Source: Podarcis vaucheri (lineage: Eukaryota). From it: 64,000 nucleotides of DNA. Below, one piece after another: positions 35,568 through 47,458 of the stretch. The first letter of the stretch is position 1, and every line of letters begins with the position of its first letter. The DNA is taken from the NCBI GenBank assembly GCA_965113315.1, contig OZ220374.1; one strand, given 5' to 3'. The position numbers were made by a program, and so were the translations under genes. The notes beneath the pieces were generated by a model, which was not told where the DNA came from, made no database searches, and worked only from the letters and a program-made list of their open reading frames with translations.

Positions 35568-38500
35568 GGTTAGGCTGAATGACTGTGGCTTGGCCAAGAT
35601 CACCCACTGAGCAGCATGGTTGAGCAAGGATTTGAACCCGGGTCTCAGGTCATGGGGTTCTGCTGGCCTGGAAAAATCTCCTGCTGTGATCCAGCTGGGC
35701 TGCTTTTCTATAAAGCTGAATGTCCCTTTGCTTGCAGTACCTGGGAAGAGAGTCTTCCCTTTTCCATCTGCCTTGACTTGTGTTAACTGTCACGCTGTGT
35801 TAATGAGCTTGTTTGTTACATATTTTAATTATGGATGTTTTAATGTAGGCATTCTCTTATTTTAATTAAAGGTCTATGAGAACCTCAGAAACTGGAGAGG
35901 AACAGAAAATGAAAACCATACAGGGTTTTTTAAGTTTGGTAGAAAAGAGCCCGGACAACTGTTTGAGTGTTTGTGAGATTTCTGTCCATGCTGTCTTCTT
36001 TCCAAGAAGAGTGGCACAGATCCGGGACCAATTCTTGTATGTTGCCAGCACAGACTCAGGTTGTGATGACTGCCTGCACAGTGGAGATCTCTCTGCTTCA
36101 CAACCTGACCCCTTCCATCATGCTCTTCTATGTCCAACTATAGGCAATGCTTATAAGTGGTGCTGGTGGGGTATACAATTAACTCATCACTGTGGGTCTT
36201 CGCTTCAGACAGTTGCTTATGCAACTTCACCAGCTGGAGACACAGAGCTGTGGTTTCTGTGGTCAGTCCCTTAGGTGCAGACAATTTAGAGGCCACCTCA
36301 ACCCCCTCCCCCGTGGTTAGAAACCTAACCACACTTCTAGCCTTGTGGTTTAGGGTCTTCTCTGGAGTAGGTCTAATATAATTCTGCCGTGTCTTTCTGT
36401 GCTCAAGTGCTGTGAAACGCGACTCTTGGTCTTTGATCACCGGTGCAACATCCGTGTGTGAGAGATAATTCAACCAACTTAGACAATATACTCAAGCAGG
36501 CAATTTCGTTAGCTAGCTGTGAGTGCACTGGATAATTTCATTAGCTTGATATGCGTGGTTACTTCTTCATTTCCTTCATGTGGTAATTGTTGCCTACTTT
36601 TCCTTGGATAGTTTCCTTCCCAGCGTTATCATTAACATTGGTTCCAGTTATTCTGAAGGAACGTTCCCCTCTTCCCGCAACTTATTATTATTGATGCATT
36701 CCACTCCCTACTGTCTTCTGAGTAAAATTAGTGCCATTCAGCTGTTTAGTTATAAATACCATTCACATCCTGGTACAGGTAGTTTAGTTTTGCCGAATAA
36801 ATTTTCTGGAGCTGAGAGAGTCACTGTGCAGACCACAAAGTGTCAAGAGACCACAACACTTTTGCTAGATATACAGACTTTGATTCACAGCCAAGATAAC
36901 AATGAGCAGAAGATTTTGAACTAGCCAATGGTTTATGTGTCTGGACTAATAAGGCCAGCTCGTGTTGGCATCTAGATTGATCCTTCTAGTATTTAGTATT
37001 TTCTAAATATATATAAACTGCAAATTCTTCCATTCTAAACTCTCACCTGTTACGTTTCTGCTAATTCCTCCTTCTCTAGGCACAATTTGCCCTGTGGTGT
37101 ACCTTGACTCTTAGCTAAAGACCCAAACACGTATTCCTCCAATATGCGTGTTAGCACAGGGGTATATGGATAAGAAACAAATGGCAATCCTTGACTCACT
37201 GGCCATTGCCAGCCACTTGAAAGTCCCACACTGCTCCAGGATGACTGCAAATATGCAAGATGTTATTTTGTGGTGGCAGGTTCAAGAAACTTGTGCCTAT
37301 TCTACCCAAACAGATTGCTACTGCATGCCTTTTGTGGAGCACCAATGAATTGGCCTTATGCACAATTGGCCTTTGCCCAGTTTAGCCGCCTAGAAATGAA
37401 ATGGAACAAAGCAGTCCTTAAAAGAAAGTGCTTTGTTTGGCTTTACTGCAGGCATAGGCAAACTCAGCCCTCCATGTGTTTTGGGACTACAACTCCCATC
37501 ATCCCTAGCTAGCAGAACCAGTGGTCAGGGATGATGGGAATTGTAGTCTCAAAAACATCTGGAGGGCCGAGTTTCCCTATGCCTGCTTTGCTGTCTTTCT
37601 TTGGTATTAAAGCATGTTGCCTTATGGTGATTGAGTTCATCTCTAAGAAAAAGAGACAGTGGCAAATTACGGCACAAGATGAAAAAGTGTTATGGGGAAT
37701 GGAGGGTGGATTTTGAAGGCAAAAAGGACAGGGGCTCATCATTGCTATATGTAGGAAATCCCCTTTTTTGGTCCCAAGGACCCTCAGGGTCCTAGGTTGA
37801 CTCTTAGTCTCATAGACTATTGTAGGTAGTCTACAATTAGTCTATACCAAGGGGGCTTAGATTTTTGTCACAGGATTGGTTTTTAATATTCTATAGTAAA
37901 TGGTAATTACAGAATTCTTAAATATTCTCAACATATTCTATAGTGTAGGGCTTACCTACCTAGCTACCCCCTATTTTCCTAGCGCCTAGTGGTCCCCTTA
38001 AGCATCCCACACTGGTCTCTTCCTGGATCCCTATGGGCTTAACAGCCAGAAATGCTCCCTTGCCTCAGATTCTACTTGCAGCCAATCCCGTTTCTTCCTG
38101 CCTTCACTGCCTTTTCTTCTATCTGCAAGGTTCTCTGAAACTGAAACACACGGATTTTGTTTGTCTGTGGCACAATGGCCCTTACAAGACATGGGAAACG
38201 CCAAAGTTCTCTGTCTTGTCCCTATGACTCCTTCCGCTTCTCTTCCCTTTCACTCTTAGTTTTCTTGGTGACTTCCCCCTCATCACTCCTGTGTCCTGCA
38301 TTTATGGCCACTATCAGCATGTGAGCAATGCTCCTCAGCTGTGGCCACCTTGCCACCACCTGTATTTTCCTTGGAGCGAGCTGGGAGATGAAGTGCCTAG
38401 AAGCCTGTGAGAACAGCAGCTCCAGACTTCTCCTTGCATCCAAGCTCCAGGAAAGAAAGCCCTTGATTCATCCAAAGCAAACTAAATTTTTACTAGCGTA

Positions 38501-38669
38501 GGAGATGGGAATGGTTGCTGGACCACTAAATAGCTGCAGGCTGTGTGTTTCTGGGGACACTGGGTCCTCCATTTCCTTACTGCACAAAGTTTTAAAAGTG
38601 AATCAGAAACTGTCTTATATTTCAGGATTCCCTCACTTCCCACCCCCCAATACTGAGGGTTTGTGGACA

Positions 38670-38755
38670 AACAATTGATGCCCCATTCAGAAGTTGACAA
38701 ACAACCTATGGCAACAATTGATGCCCCATTCAGAAGTTGACAAACAACCTATGGC
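38670..38755. repeat. Perfect 43-bp tandem duplication
   Basis: aacaattgatgccccattcagaagttgacaaacaacctatggc x2. Confidence 0.9.
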
Positions 38756-38882
38756 AGCGATTCTCAACCTGTGGGTCCCCAGATGTTGTTGGTCTACAAC
38801 TCCCATCACCCCTAGCTAGCAAGGCCAGAGCTCAGGGATGATGGGAGTTGTAGTCCAACAACATCTGGGGACCCACAGGTTG
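38755..38882. mobile_element. Palindromic hAT-like MITE (relatives at about 15345-15465, 37450-37590, 52423-52543)
   Basis: Near-perfect hairpin tcaacctgtgggtccccagatgttgttgg...; 8-bp TSD acctatgg. Confidence 0.75.
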
Positions 38883-41232
38883 ACCTATGGACATACAGCT
38901 TCATACAGCTAGTGAATGAAGCCATTGGAGGAAGAACTCAGTCCGCAAGAAAACCAAACCAGCTTCTCCTTATTGAATCTCTGCAATTGTGCATGAAAAC
39001 CATGGACGTGTAAATTCAGACCTATAAAAGTGCTCTGTTGTCATGTCTCCAAATCACCTAGCAGGATATTAAGAGGCTCAGCGATGTTAGGGTTGCCCTC
39101 AGCCACTCCTAGAAGCATCACTGGGTGAACAGGGGCTGGTTGCTCAGAAATATTCCCAGACAAATCCCCCATGGCTGGCCTGAGCTGTGTTGCATCATGA
39201 AGATAAGAATTAGCCAGAGGAGTCAATCATCTTGGCTAACCGGCTTGGGCATCTTGTGAAAGGGTAGTTAGGAATGCATAGGAAGATTGAACAACTGGCT
39301 CAATTAGTTGTTATTCTAACCTGGTCTGCACAACTGAAAACAGCCTCCTAAATGTCACGAACAGACATTATACTGCCAAGGGGAGGGGATTCCTTTTAAA
39401 AATGTTTATTCTTTTTTCCCTCTCTTTGCAAGGAGGTGTCGCAGAGCTGCAGTTTAAATCCTGCCAGGTCCCAGGAGCTGGAGCCGAAACCTTCCGGCAA
39501 GGTTGATTAAGTCCAGCAATAGACACCCGTCATCCCTGCAACGCAGTAGGGGTAAAATTAAATGAATGGTAGCTTGTCGTGGCCAGAACTCCAATATTAA
39601 TAAGTGTCACGCTGAGCTCAATGCACCGGCCAATGCATAATTTATCTGGCTTCATAAATATCAAAACATGCCACAGCTGCTAGGACTTTCGGCGCAAACC
39701 CCACAAATATTGCTTTAATTATTCAGTGGCTCGGCTCGGCAGAAGCCAGTCAACCAACCACTTCAAAGGTAGAGTTTAATAAAGTATCATTTGCAAGAGA
39801 CCATCCAGAAAGGGATGATGGCACTGCCCTTTATTAAGGGATGCAGTGCAATGGGCTAAAAACCTTATCAGAGGGCAGAAATCCCACAGAAAGAGGCTTA
39901 AGGAGACCTGCTCAATGGGCTAAGTAAAACATCTGAACAGTGCCCTCGCTAGGGACTGAGACACACCAAAAAATAATAACAAAAATCACAGACAGGTCTA
40001 TTTTCTCAGAAGGAAACTGGCTAATGTTAAATAGATTTGTAGGAGACTGGTGGTATAGGAGGGAGGGAAGCCTTCATGATTTAAACATATGCAACACAGG
40101 TTAACTAAATACATGTATAAATCTAATATAGAACAAGTATTTACATACACACCCAGCCAACTGAACAAAGTTGTTTAGTTCTTAGACTGTAAACAATGCT
40201 CTCATTTGGAACTAGAAACAGTCGCACTGTTGGAATCAGCTAATTTTAGAATTCTACTGTTATGATTTATATCTCACCTTTTCTTCAAGGCATTTTTTAT
40301 ATTCAAGGCATGCATGGTTCTTCACCTCCCATTATTCTCACCATCTTGCATCTACAAGCCTCCCAAACTCTCCTTCCCTTGCATCACTTAAAAAGCTATG
40401 GTTTTCCCCAAAGAATCGTGGGACCCAGAATTCATTAAGGGTCTCCTAACAACTCTCAGCACCTGCAACAAACTACAGTCCCCAGAGGGCTGAGCCATGA
40501 CTGTTAAAATGGCATAAGAGTGCTTTAAATTTTTGGTGTGGAAGTCATAAAGCATTACAAATCATTTAACCTCACCCATTCTCCTGATCTGTCCTTCACC
40601 CGAGTCTGTTCCATGGCTATACCTAGCACAGAAGTCTTCCGCCTTCTAGATAATCCTGACCATCGGCCATGCTGGCTGGGGCTGATGGGTTTTGTAGTCC
40701 AACAATACCTGGAAGGCTAGCAGGGCAGCTGTGTCTTCTAAGGTCTTTCACCCTGAACGGCAGCTGGAGGGAACTGACCAGAGCACTGCCCAAACTGTAA
40801 GCTCCTAAGTGAGTTTCCTTACAAGCTCATTCATCCTGAGCAAAGCCCCAGTGTGGTCTTCACTGAAAGGAGAGTGTCTGAATGAGCCACAGGTGTGTTT
40901 GGAAACAGGTGTGCCCTATTGGTTCACTAATCAGAGAGCTCCCTGTAAGCTGGCCTCTCCAAGGGAAACCCAAGTTCACCAGCTTGTTTTCCTATGCTGA
41001 GCTTAGCTGAAAGGCAAGAGGATGTCCTTTTTGTTTCATAAATTCCATTACTCCATATATATTTGATATTCAGGTCTAGAAGGCTTTTCGTTCTTGTCTG
41101 TGGCATGAGAAAGGTCCCAGGTTTAATTCTCAGCATCTTCAAGGCTGGGATGAAAGGGTTCCTGATCTAAAACCCTGGAGGGTCCCTGGCAGTCAGTGTA
41201 GATAAGACTGAGCTATGAGGACCAATGGCCTG

Positions 41233-41282
<50 letters not shown>

Positions 41283-41344
41283 TCCCACCCATCTGACTGG
41301 GTTTCCCCAGTATAAGGCAGCTCCCTATAGTCCTACATTCCTTT

Positions 41345-41644
41345 TTTTAAAAAAAATCATTTTTATTAAATTTTCCACTTTTAACAATCCAATCAAATCA
41401 CATTAAATATACATATACATATCAAATAATCCAAATATTCTGCCAAATTATAAATTTTTTAATAGGACTTCCCATGCTTCAAGTTCGGAGGGCTCTGATC
41501 ATCTCATATCTCTACTGCTTTGCATAGTCATTTCCGAAGGTTCCTCTAATTCTTTCTGTTGTTAACCTTCCTTCTTTCACAGCCTCTGAGTTGTTCCCAC
41601 AAGCGAGTTGGAACAAGCAGTGATATGTGTGGATTTTATGTCTC
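41345..41644 (-). mobile_element. Retroposed polyA-tailed fragment (probably an L1-like 3' UTR)
   Basis: 17-bp TSD tagtcctacattccttt; polyT and TTTATT at the left end. Confidence 0.7.
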
Positions 41645-43110
41645 TAGTCCTACATTCCTTTGCCCAACAACATTTGAAATCCTTGGGGGGAAATGTGCGG
41701 GTGTGTTCATGTCACACATGCTGCTGCCACGTCCCTGCTGCAGGAAGCCGGTAACGAGAATATTCAATGCTACACGTTTCCTGTACAAACTGTGTGTCAG
41801 TTCAAATACCCAGAGCAGATTGCATTTCAATTGTGTGGATGACAGATGCTACAATCGCAAGGAACAGGTTGGGCTGTTGATGAACGCGCGAGAGAGAGCA
41901 GGAATTGGAGCCCGAAGCAAATGAATGATGCTCCTTGCATCTAGACAGACAAGAGGCAGGAACAGCTTGCTGTATCTCACATGAGTGTTTCATTGGGGAG
42001 GTGAGGGTGGGTGGAAAAAAGCCAGGGCTGCATTTTTGCGTTTTGTTGCTGTCTGCCCTTCTGCAGCACACTGTCTTCTTCCTGTCACACTGCTCTTGAA
42101 TGAACAAGAAACTTTGCTAACCCATTGAAGCCAACTGATCTTGACAGGGTGTTTAATGGCATATATAGTGCCTTGATTGTACCAAACAGTGATATCCAGT
42201 CACTGTATCCGACACACACTAACAGCTAGAGAAGTTATTAAATGATAATACAATGGGTACAATTAATAATGTATTACTAATTAGAACTATTACAGCCAAT
42301 TACTATTTTTGCATGGCTCAGTCTGAAGGGAATAGCTAGTTATTCAACAGACTGGAAAATCACAAATTTACAGATCTCAAAAAGCTCTCTGATATTGAAT
42401 CAGACCCTAGATTCATTTAGCCCCAATCCTATTTACTCTGCTTTTCAAAACTCTTCATTACATATTTTTAGGTGCCAGGCAAAAATGTCTCTCTGTAACC
42501 AGGCCTTTGGCTGATTCAGCAACCTATGGCCTCTTAAATGTGTTTGTGGGAAGAGGGGTTATTGGTTTGCTTTTTTGTGTTCCAATTTTGTATTTTTATA
42601 TTGTAAACCACCCTGTGATCTTCGGGTGAAGGGCAGTATAACAATTTAATAAATGATAGTAATAATAATATATGGTCCATGGGGTCACGAAGAGTCGGAT
42701 ACGACTAAATGACTAAACAACAACAATAATAATATAATGCACTTTTGTACTCTATTTTCACTAATCTATGCTTCTATATGTACCACAGTCCATGCATTTT
42801 TATATACTTTACTTGGCTTGGAGAACTGCGCTGCAGAATTGGGAGAAGTTTGAATTTCGCAGGGTAGCTGTGTTTCAGTTGGCTTATTGTTTCTGAGAAT
42901 GCATTTGGCAAGTTCGCTGTTAAATGCAAACTGAATCACATTTCTCTCCCACTCCCATAGGATGGGGTCCTGGGAGTTGTGACAAGGTATGTGACAAAGC
43001 TGAAAATGGGTCAAAGCACCTTGATGTCAATGGCACTCAGTGTGGGGGAAATGTGAGTGAGAGTTGGGGCCTGTAATGAAGCCCCCCATAAGCAGCAAAG
43101 GAGGAGCAGG

Positions 43111-43355
43111 GAAGCGTGGTGTAGTGGTTAAGAGTGGTAGACTGGTAATCTGGTGAACCAGGTTCGCTTCCCCACTCCTCCACATGAAGTGCTGGGTGAC
43201 CTTGGGCCAGTCACACTTCTCTGAAGTCTCTCAGCCCCACTCACCTCACAGAGTGTTTGTTGTGGGGGAGGAAGGGAAAGGAGAATGTTAGCCCCTTTGA
43301 GACTCCTTAAGGGGAGTGAAAGGCAGGATATCAAGTCCAAACTCCTCCTTCTCCT
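43111..43355 (+). mobile_element. tRNA-derived SINE, family 2
   Basis: Same body as the 10411 copy. Confidence 0.85.
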
Positions 43356-43490
43356 CCATTTGGCTTGCAGGGAAAATATTGAGGCGTATAGCACAGTGCA
43401 GACGGTCAAGGATGGTTTCAGTGCCTTCTACAAACGGCCACATATTATTGAACAAAAAGTAAGCACAGCAACCTGGTGGTAAAATAATGC

Positions 43491-43496
43491 TTTATT
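43491..43496 (-). promoter_or_regulatory. Candidate DPP6 polyadenylation signal (implies about 2.6 kb 3' UTR)
   Basis: AATAAA on - strand followed by GU/U-rich sequence (gttgctgtgcttactttttgttc). Confidence 0.5.
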
Positions 43497-44703
43497 TTAT
43501 GGATGAACAAACACTACTATGGCGCACCTGGGCTTTCCCTCTACAAAAGGTTACGAACAGAGCAGTCAGTGAGCTCCTCTGCTCAAATTCAGTTCAGGCA
43601 TACCAGCCACAAAAAGTTTATTGAAACCTGGACATCTGTAGCATTCACATGGTCTATTTGGAATTTGGCCGGAGGAAGCAGCATTATTCTGCAATCCCTG
43701 TTCACATGAATTCTGATGAATTTATAATTTATGAGAGAGAGACGGGAAGGAAGGAAGGAAGGAAGGGAGGGAGGGAGGGAGGGAAGAGAAGAGAAATGTC
43801 CTCACTCCCCACTGGAATTATCTCCCATGGTGATCTAATTACCACCAACAGCCAACAGACTGAACCTAAAACGAAACAGAGGAAAACGAGGAATGCTGCG
43901 AAAGTGATCCGCGTCGCACTGCTGCCTGGGATGGGCAATTTACCAACAGCCACAATGTAAAAATGTAGAAATTGGCATTGACATTCAAGCTGTCCAAATA
44001 ATAATAATAATAATAGTAATAATAAAGGATCGCACAATTGATATAGTTCGAATGAATACCTTAAGGGGTCTTAATAAACAAACAAGTGTTATTGCATGCA
44101 TGCTGAACACAAGACGTAATAATACTGGATTGCAGAAGGGATTCAGGGAGGGAGACTCGACAAATCAAAGACTTACATTCCTGTTATATACAACAAAATG
44201 AATTATACAGTATTCATACTAGCTGTACATTTGGTCAGAATAATTTACATTAGCCAAAACAGACAAGGAAGAAGAAAAGGTGTGAGGGGGTTCAAAATGG
44301 TTTGAAATATATTTGTCTCTCCCAGGACTCTAGCGAGCAGGGGTTGGTGCGTGGGAATAGGAGGGAACTGTAGAGAGGAAGAGGGCTGCGTTTAGAAGCC
44401 AATGAGGAAAAAAGAAATGCAAACTTGCAATCCCAAAACCTAGGTTTCATCATCACAACAAGAGATAAGACCAACAAAACAAAACAAAACACTTTTGTTA
44501 GCACTGATTAAAATGCATACGTTATTGTGATGGTAATATCTGCAGATTTGGGATGATTACAGTCAACACAGGTTGGAGCCGTGGAAGAGTTAGGGGAGAA
44601 GAAATTTCCGCACAACTGAGTAGGCAACCCGTGCTTTGATCTAGCCAGGCAGCTGACATAGCAAGGCAGGGAATCTTAGCCTCTAAACACTGTCAAGATC
44701 TGT

Positions 44704-44977
44704 CAGGGGTTGGCAACCTAAAGCTCATGGGCCACAAGCAGCCCATGGGGGTCGTTTAACCGCCCCCTGTGATGCCCCCGAACCAAGCCGCTTACTTGGT
44801 GAGACCCCATGTGCTGCACTAAACCAGCGCGGTGCGGGGACTTGCTTTTGCAGCACTGAAAAGTGCATCTGTGCAGGCACAGATGCCGGAAATCGCGGGC
44901 GCACACACAATCCGGCCCACAGAGGGATCTCCACTGGAGTGAACCGACCCAAGCAAGGTAAACCTTGCCGACCCCTG
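44704..44977. mobile_element. hAT-like MITE in the putative DPP6 3' UTR
   Basis: TIR CAGGGGT.GGCAA / TTGCCGACCCCTG; TSD not preserved. Confidence 0.7.
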
Positions 44978-46082
44978 CTTTAGGTCCCAAAGAGATGCCC
45001 CAGCCATTCTCCACAACAATGAGGACCAGAAGCTAGCTGTTTCGCAGGACAGCTGCAGTTCTTGACCTTGCACTGGTAGGCCTTTAAACTATGTGGTGTG
45101 ACAACTGTCAGGCAGATCTCGTTGCCCCTCCCCTGCCCCATTACGACTTTGTTGTTTTTTAAAAGCATTGGACAGATTGCTTAAAAGCCTGTTTCATGTT
45201 AACAAGACCCAAAAAGCTAAGTTGTAATCAGTGCATTAAAGAAATCTCCAGGAAGAGAGTTCCTGCATGTTTTAGGAAGAAAGGGTACCCTACACCATGT
45301 AGTCTACTGTATTTAAGCAATTTCTCCCCTCTCCCCTTACCCAGAATACATTGCAGAGCTAAAGGATTAGTACAAGGCCGAAGGAAAAGGAAGTGGCAGA
45401 TAAACACTATATACAGAAAGACCTATACAGTGCATGAACTTTAATTAAAAGTTAGTGTGACTACAGCAGGGCTTGCTACAAAGGAAACCTCGGCTTAGCG
45501 GAGCAGTTCTGTAGCAACGACCAATTATCTGAAATGCAGAGGACAATGGGCAAACAACACATAAATGGTACCTTGGAAAAATAATTGTGCTATAATCTTT
45601 ATTCCATGGTTGGTAGTCTTATCTGAGACAATGAGGTGCTAACTAAGGGAACCCTAACACAGACGGATGGTGGGTTTTTCATTCCTACCGCTTGAATACT
45701 TTCAATGCAAACGGGTTTGTTTAATGGTCATCTTGGGGGAATCTCCTCCTAAGTCCAGTTTCCTGATTTGAGCATCTTACTCCAGAAGTCACTTTGTGGC
45801 AAGAGAAGACAAGAAGATCCTTTCTTTTCTTTTTCTCATTTTGAACAGCAGTTTCTGCTGAGTTCCTCATGCTTAAATGTTCTCCTGTTCAGGAAAGAGT
45901 CATGATCTAGTACAAGCAGCAGGCGGACTGCTTCTCCTTTTCAGTTTTTGTTAAATACATGCTCATGTAATGCTTCTTTCTCCAGGGGGGGAAACAGAGA
46001 GATTCAGTTGCATATTATTATTATTATTATCATTATTATTTATTATAAACTGCCTTGTGCTCATGAGCACAAGCTTGAAGGG

Positions 46083-46229
46083 TTATTCCTCATCGTCTTC
46101 CTCTTTTGTTGATACTACGGGGGGTTTGTCCTGGGGTTTGAAACACTCCGCGAAGAAATTGACCACGGAATTGTACAGGTGCTGTTCCAGGGCTGGGTTG
46201 TTGAAGTAATGACCTTCATCGGGGTATAT
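46083..46229 (-). CDS. DPP6: DPP6 last coding exon (IYPDEGHYF...KEEDDEE*)
   Basis: cag acceptor; TAA stop at 46083-46085. Confidence 0.95.
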   Translation of the reverse strand: MYPDEGHYFNNPALEQHLYNSVVNFFAECFKPQDKPPVVSTKEEDDEE

Positions 46230-47398
46230 CTGAAAAGAAAGGAAGGCCGCCGTGAGCAGGTGGACAGGTAAAGATGTGCCACAGCTGGAGTTGAAATCCA
46301 CCTTGAGAAACATCCAAGCTCATCCTCTCAAATCCAGAGCAGCCTTGCTATCCTCTGGGCTAAACGCAGAGATGGTGAGGGCATTTGACCCTTAAAAATA
46401 TGAAGTAAGCGGCAATGATTCATTGGGCAAGAGATGTGGGACATAATACAGCGATGTCTTCGTGGAAGAAGTTGTGGAAGAGTAACCCAAGATTTAGGGA
46501 TGCGGGTGGCGCTGTGGGTTAAACCACAGAGCCTAGGACTTGCCGATCAGAAGGTCAGCGGTTCGCCAGAAGCGACTTAGTCATGCTGGCCACATGACCT
46601 GGAAGCTGTACACCGGCTCCCTTGGCCAATAAAGCGAGATGGGCGCTGCAACCCCAGAGTCAGTCACGACTGGACCTAATGGTCAGGGGACCCTTTACCT
46701 TTACCTTTAACCCAAGATTTACTGCTTGTAACACTCTAAGAAAAAACTATATGAAGATTATTTATAGACTGCATTTAACACCAAAAAAAGTTAGCCAAAA
46801 TGTACAAAACAAAGTCGAGTATGTGTTAGAAGTGTAAAAGGACAGAAGGAACTTTTTTCCCCTGTATGTGGTGGCCTTGTAAAAAAAGCCAAGGGCTATT
46901 GGGAAATGATATATAATGAGATTAAAAAGATGTTCTAGTTGAAGATTCCCAAGAGACCTGAAGCTTTTCTTCTAGGAATTATAGATAATGATGTACCCAA
47001 AGAGTTGGTTAACATTTTTATGTATATAACAACAGCAGCACAAACACTGTATGACCAAAGATGGAAAGGAGGAGAGGTTACAACAAAGGAAGAATGGCTT
47101 TTGACAATGATGGAGTACGTGGAACTGGCAAGATGAACAGCAACGATTAGAGACCAAAATGATGAAAAATTCACTGAGGACTGGAAGCCTTTTATTGAGT
47201 ATCTAAAGAACTACTATAGTGAGATGAAAATGCAAGCAGGGTTTGAAATATGAGCAACAGCATTATTAAGATAAATAGGTTAAAATTGATGTATTGAATA
47301 GTATATGTGAAATGTGCAACATTCAATGGTAAATATGGAAACCATGGAAGGGGAGGACAAGAAGTCAATGGATAAAGTAATTTATGGCCTTATTTACA

Positions 47399-47458
<60 letters not shown>

